Origin: Mizuhopecten yessoensis
Lineage: Eukaryota
Direction: 5' to 3'
Length of the DNA stretch: 63,213 nucleotides
NCBI RefSeq assembly: GCF_002113885.1
Contig: NW_018480063.1
Coordinates: forward strand, 97,709 to 160,921
Positions 59,901-63,213 of the stretch are shown here, piece by piece. A program made the position numbers and the translations under genes. How positions within the stretch are numbered: position 1 is the stretch's first letter; every line of letters begins with the position of its first letter. Under the pieces are notes generated by a model. The model ran no database searches and was not told where the DNA came from. It saw only the letters and a list, made by a program, of their open reading frames with translations.

Positions 59901-61974
59901 GAAATGGTGTTTTCTGTGATTTTTTAAACAACCTAAATCGACACATGTAAAATTACAACACAGTCTCGGCAATACAGGTAAACATATATAGCCACTTTGT
60001 ACCTGTACCTGGACCGTAGTGATCCCCATCTGGGGCACTTACGTAACTCGCCAAGGTGTGAAAACCAGGTGAAGGGGAGCTATAGACAAAAACGAATGCA
60101 AATAACAAATACTGGAAACGTCCAGTTGTGTTTTCATAACGGTCATACAGTATCACATATCAGCTCTATGTGTCAGACACAGGCCAAGGTTGTGCGCACC
60201 ATGTGTGGACAGTGTGTGAACGATGTATGCACGCATGGTGTGCGCACAGTATTTTTGGTACGTTGTGCAGTCACACAACTGTATTTACAGATTCATTTGT
60301 CTAATGTTTGCTTACATTGATTTACAGAAGACCTAATAAAGGGTAATTCAAGTGCTGGAACTAGTGATTCTGACACTGATGACCCATCGGACGCAGAAAA
60401 TGAGGACACTAATAGTTCCAATTTCAAAAATGATGATGATGAATCCAACCAAACAGTAGATTTAGATCCAACAGATGTACTGATGACAACACTGTATAGT
60501 CCGAACACAGAGACCAAACATCTTCACGACAGCAAAGAGAACTGCAGCAGCACAGACCATGAGGAAGTGGAAGGTGACATTGAACTTATTTATCAACGGA
60601 ACTCTGTAGACTGGCAACCAGAAATTCTCACGGTACAAAGTTTGAATAAAGTTGAGAAATCAGAAAACGGCACCCAATCTTGTAGTTCCGTTAAATTGTT
60701 TTCTGATCCAATGGGTGATGAAGATAATGATAAAACCACTCCCTTAGGTTTAAATACACCATCAGATTACAACAGCAATGTCATTAAACTCATTAACAAG
60801 ACCAAAGACAGGAAAATTGCTGCAACATTTCAGAAAACAGTAAAAAGTCCTAGAAAAGAGATTGGATTGCAGGTTACAAATGGAAATTCCAGTGAAACCG
60901 AGGGAAGAATGGAGAAAAGGGGCAAAAAGGAAACTTTTGAAAGGTCCAGGAAAAGTGATCAAAACGAAACTGGAAGGAGTCCATCTAATCACGAAGATAG
61001 CAGCAACAGGTCGACAACTGAAAAACAATATCCAGGTAAAACTCACCTTTATCACATCTGGTATATCAATGATTTTTAGCTGAATACAGGCTGCTCGCCT
61101 TAGCAAAACAGTGCTTTATTTTCTCAAAATGAAGAAAAAAATTAGTTGATGTTTTCCCAATTACAATATGTGTGTAAATATAAAGATTATATGGGAGTTA
61201 TTCAGGCTCCTGAGCCACTTATTTAAAAACAGTTTAATGCTTTCATAATTATATCCATAACAATTTTTAGGTTTGAGTGTTTTAATGCTTTGCATTTCTA
61301 CTCACTCGATAATTACAAAAAAAAATCAACATATTCCACAAAGTATATCTACTAAATTGAATTACCCGAGCTAACATAAGTTAGTCAAAAACATTATTCG
61401 TCTATTTTTACTGTAACAAAATATTATGGCAATCCATTGTCCCGACAGATTAAGTGATTTACAGACACAGTACAAATCTACCATCCTCTCCATACTTCAG
61501 GGTTGCCAAGTCTCAGGACATGACACACGCTGAGACGTCCTAACTCACACTGAAACATATCATCCGCCGCGTGTCAGAGCCATAAATTGGCATTTTTTAG
61601 CTTCCAATAGTACTAAGGGGAATAACTCATATTGCATAAACAGTGTTACTGTTGGAAAATAATAACATTCACACCCTAGCTAGATACTGGCATAGCATGC
61701 AAGATTATATCGTCAAAATTGATGGCCTCATTAACCAGCTAGAAGAGGTTTCCATGACACTTGTACTATAATCTGTTTGTTATTTCAAATTGTTAACAGG
61801 CTGTGTGCTTGTTGTCATGAATTCCCTGCCATGTGATAAAAGGACTAAAAAGGACATAAAAAAGCAAATTGGAGCTACATCAGAGGTGGTGTTTTGGTCC
61901 AAAGAGGAGGACTTCCAAGGCTTACACAAGGAGCATCTGCCATATCTAATGAATGACATTGTCACTCATCTTAG
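53930..61974 (+). CDS. Host gene: extended PHD finger (zf-HC5HC2H; PHF6/PHF11/G2E3-like) protein, 3' partial
   Basis: In-phase GT-AG exons 53930-54058 (CNFC...CGKL...AHHKCM), 55039-55134 (YSAGL...FGGF...ELKRG), 55802-55986 (CNIC...ATSGCAVKTCRKSFHYYCA), 58555-58601 (VFCCPEH), 60328-61035 (acidic/Ser-rich) and 61800-61974. No stop codon is reached in the window. Confidence 0.85.
56881..57776 (+). mobile_element. Helentron-type non-autonomous element with 4+ x ~185 bp tandem units (intronic)
   Basis: Subterminal inverted repeats GTCCCCTACCGG / CCGGTAGGGGAC, a (GTCC/GTCT)n microsatellite, and units starting near 56952, 57139, 57319, 57514 and 57702. Confidence 0.75.
58714..59070 (+). mobile_element. 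CORE-SINE-like tRNA SINE (intronic)
   Basis: tRNA-like head, CORE motif TGTATCTTTGAGCAAGATACTT...GAAAATGAGTAC, L2-like tail GTAAACCGCTTTGAG and (ATT)n. Confidence 0.65.
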
Positions 61975-63213
61975 GTGATGTATATCTTATGAAATAACAA
62001 ATGGTTGTAAAATTAAAGGAAAGTTAAGTCTAAGAATATTTTCAGTCTTCTTAAAGTATTATAATTCAGGGCTGGAAAGTAAGGGTAGCCCATGGCCACT
62101 AGCATGAAATATCCAGCTGGAGTAGTGATTCTAAGAACTGCAAGCCTGATTGACTAGTCAAAATTTGATATAATTCTTTCCAAGAAACACACCTGTGTTA
62201 TCGAAAGTGACACCTAGTCCCAGTAAACCTTTTCAAAAGTGCCAACTTCAATGTGTATTGTGATGACCTTTGTCTTGACAGTGCATGTGTCATTGTGTCA
62301 AAAGATGAGACATCACTACTATTTTTCGTAAATGTTAGGCCTATTGAATGGTTTTATTATAAAAAAAAGTCATTATTAATAACATTAATATTTATATGAT
62401 ATTTATTAAAACATTGATTGATGAAAAGAAACCTACATGATTGTTTGTTCATTTAAAAGATTCTTATGGAAAAGTTTCTGGAACTATATTTGTGGCGCAT
62501 TAAGCTCCAAACATAATGCATGTAGAACTAGTGCATCCTTTCATCAGTCGACGCTATATAGAAGAGACGTTTTGAGAACAATTTTGTAGTGGTGTTTCTT
62601 GAAATATATAATAAAATGAAATAGAATCTAACATTCGTGTTTCTAATATTGATTCTAACACGATTCGTTTGCAACGCGTGTTTTGATTGGATACGGACCA
62701 TGTTCTAATCTGCGATAGAATCATGGTCAATCGTGTTAAGCTCCTCCCGTCGCACTTAAGCCACGCCCCGTTTCTAACCAAAACAATACGGCGTCAAGCT
62801 CGCCTCATAGCGAAATCCCGCTGATAAGGCTAGTAGGCAACAGAACAGAAACGACCCATGAAATGCATTTGTTGAATGAATTAAAAAGTAAAAAGAACGC
62901 ATTCCTTGTTCTTACCTCCATTTATTACTGAAACGTTCGTTCCATCCGTGTAAAGGCATCTATTGAGATCCGAAATCAAATAAAACATTTCACATGTGTC
63001 ATATGAATTTACACAAAACTCTTCAAAAATCTATACAAATAATCACCGATTTTGTTGATAAGCACTGATTGATATGCATACTGACATAAAAATGTAAGAA
63101 CTTGGTCAATATTAATCCGAATGTGTCGTATAAACTTTGGTAACAGGACGTTCACGAACAATCCAAATATTCCGCCTCGTCAACATACAGATCGAGCTCC
63201 CGCCAGTATGGGC

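Noticed and set aside
62530-62832. Possible non-autonomous Academ element (TAG...AAGGCTA)
   Set aside because: The ends do not form a convincing TIR, and the flanks (ATGTAGAAC vs GTAGGCAAC) are not a clean TSD.

Overview
AT-rich, intron-containing eukaryotic (animal) DNA. CORE-, V- and Meta-type tRNA SINEs plus Helentron-type non-autonomous elements suggest a bivalve mollusc (inference). About 1-50 kb is a dense nest of transposable elements: (1) a decayed AcademH-type DNA transposon (spliced DDE transposase on +, convergent RecQ-like helicase on -) with an internally deleted AcademX-type element (XPG/FEN-like nuclease + Cys-rich tail) inside it; (2) a 27-bp minisatellite; (3) an internally deleted MULE with TIRs and an 8-bp TSD; (4) a 5'-truncated CR1/L2-type LINE with an unbroken RT ORF; (5) a palindromic IS3EU-like element; (6) a full-length ISL2EU-type element whose THAP-DDE transposase is intact but whose SWIM-YqaJ-PHD partner gene is broken; (7) an LRAT/NC-domain exon; (8) a decayed Ngaro/DIRS tyrosine-recombinase retrotransposon; (9) a Maverick/Polinton-type integrase-chromodomain ORF with an adjacent C2H2 zinc-finger mini-ORF; (10) nested MITEs. 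After a ~960-nt N gap, a host gene encoding an extended-PHD (PHF6/PHF11-like) protein runs off the right end. I found no system I can show to be wholly new. The most notable items are the helicase-carrying AcademH with its nested AcademX, its terminal hairpin and minisatellite junction, and the two-gene ISL2EU element. Family names come from motif recognition by eye, not from database searches.
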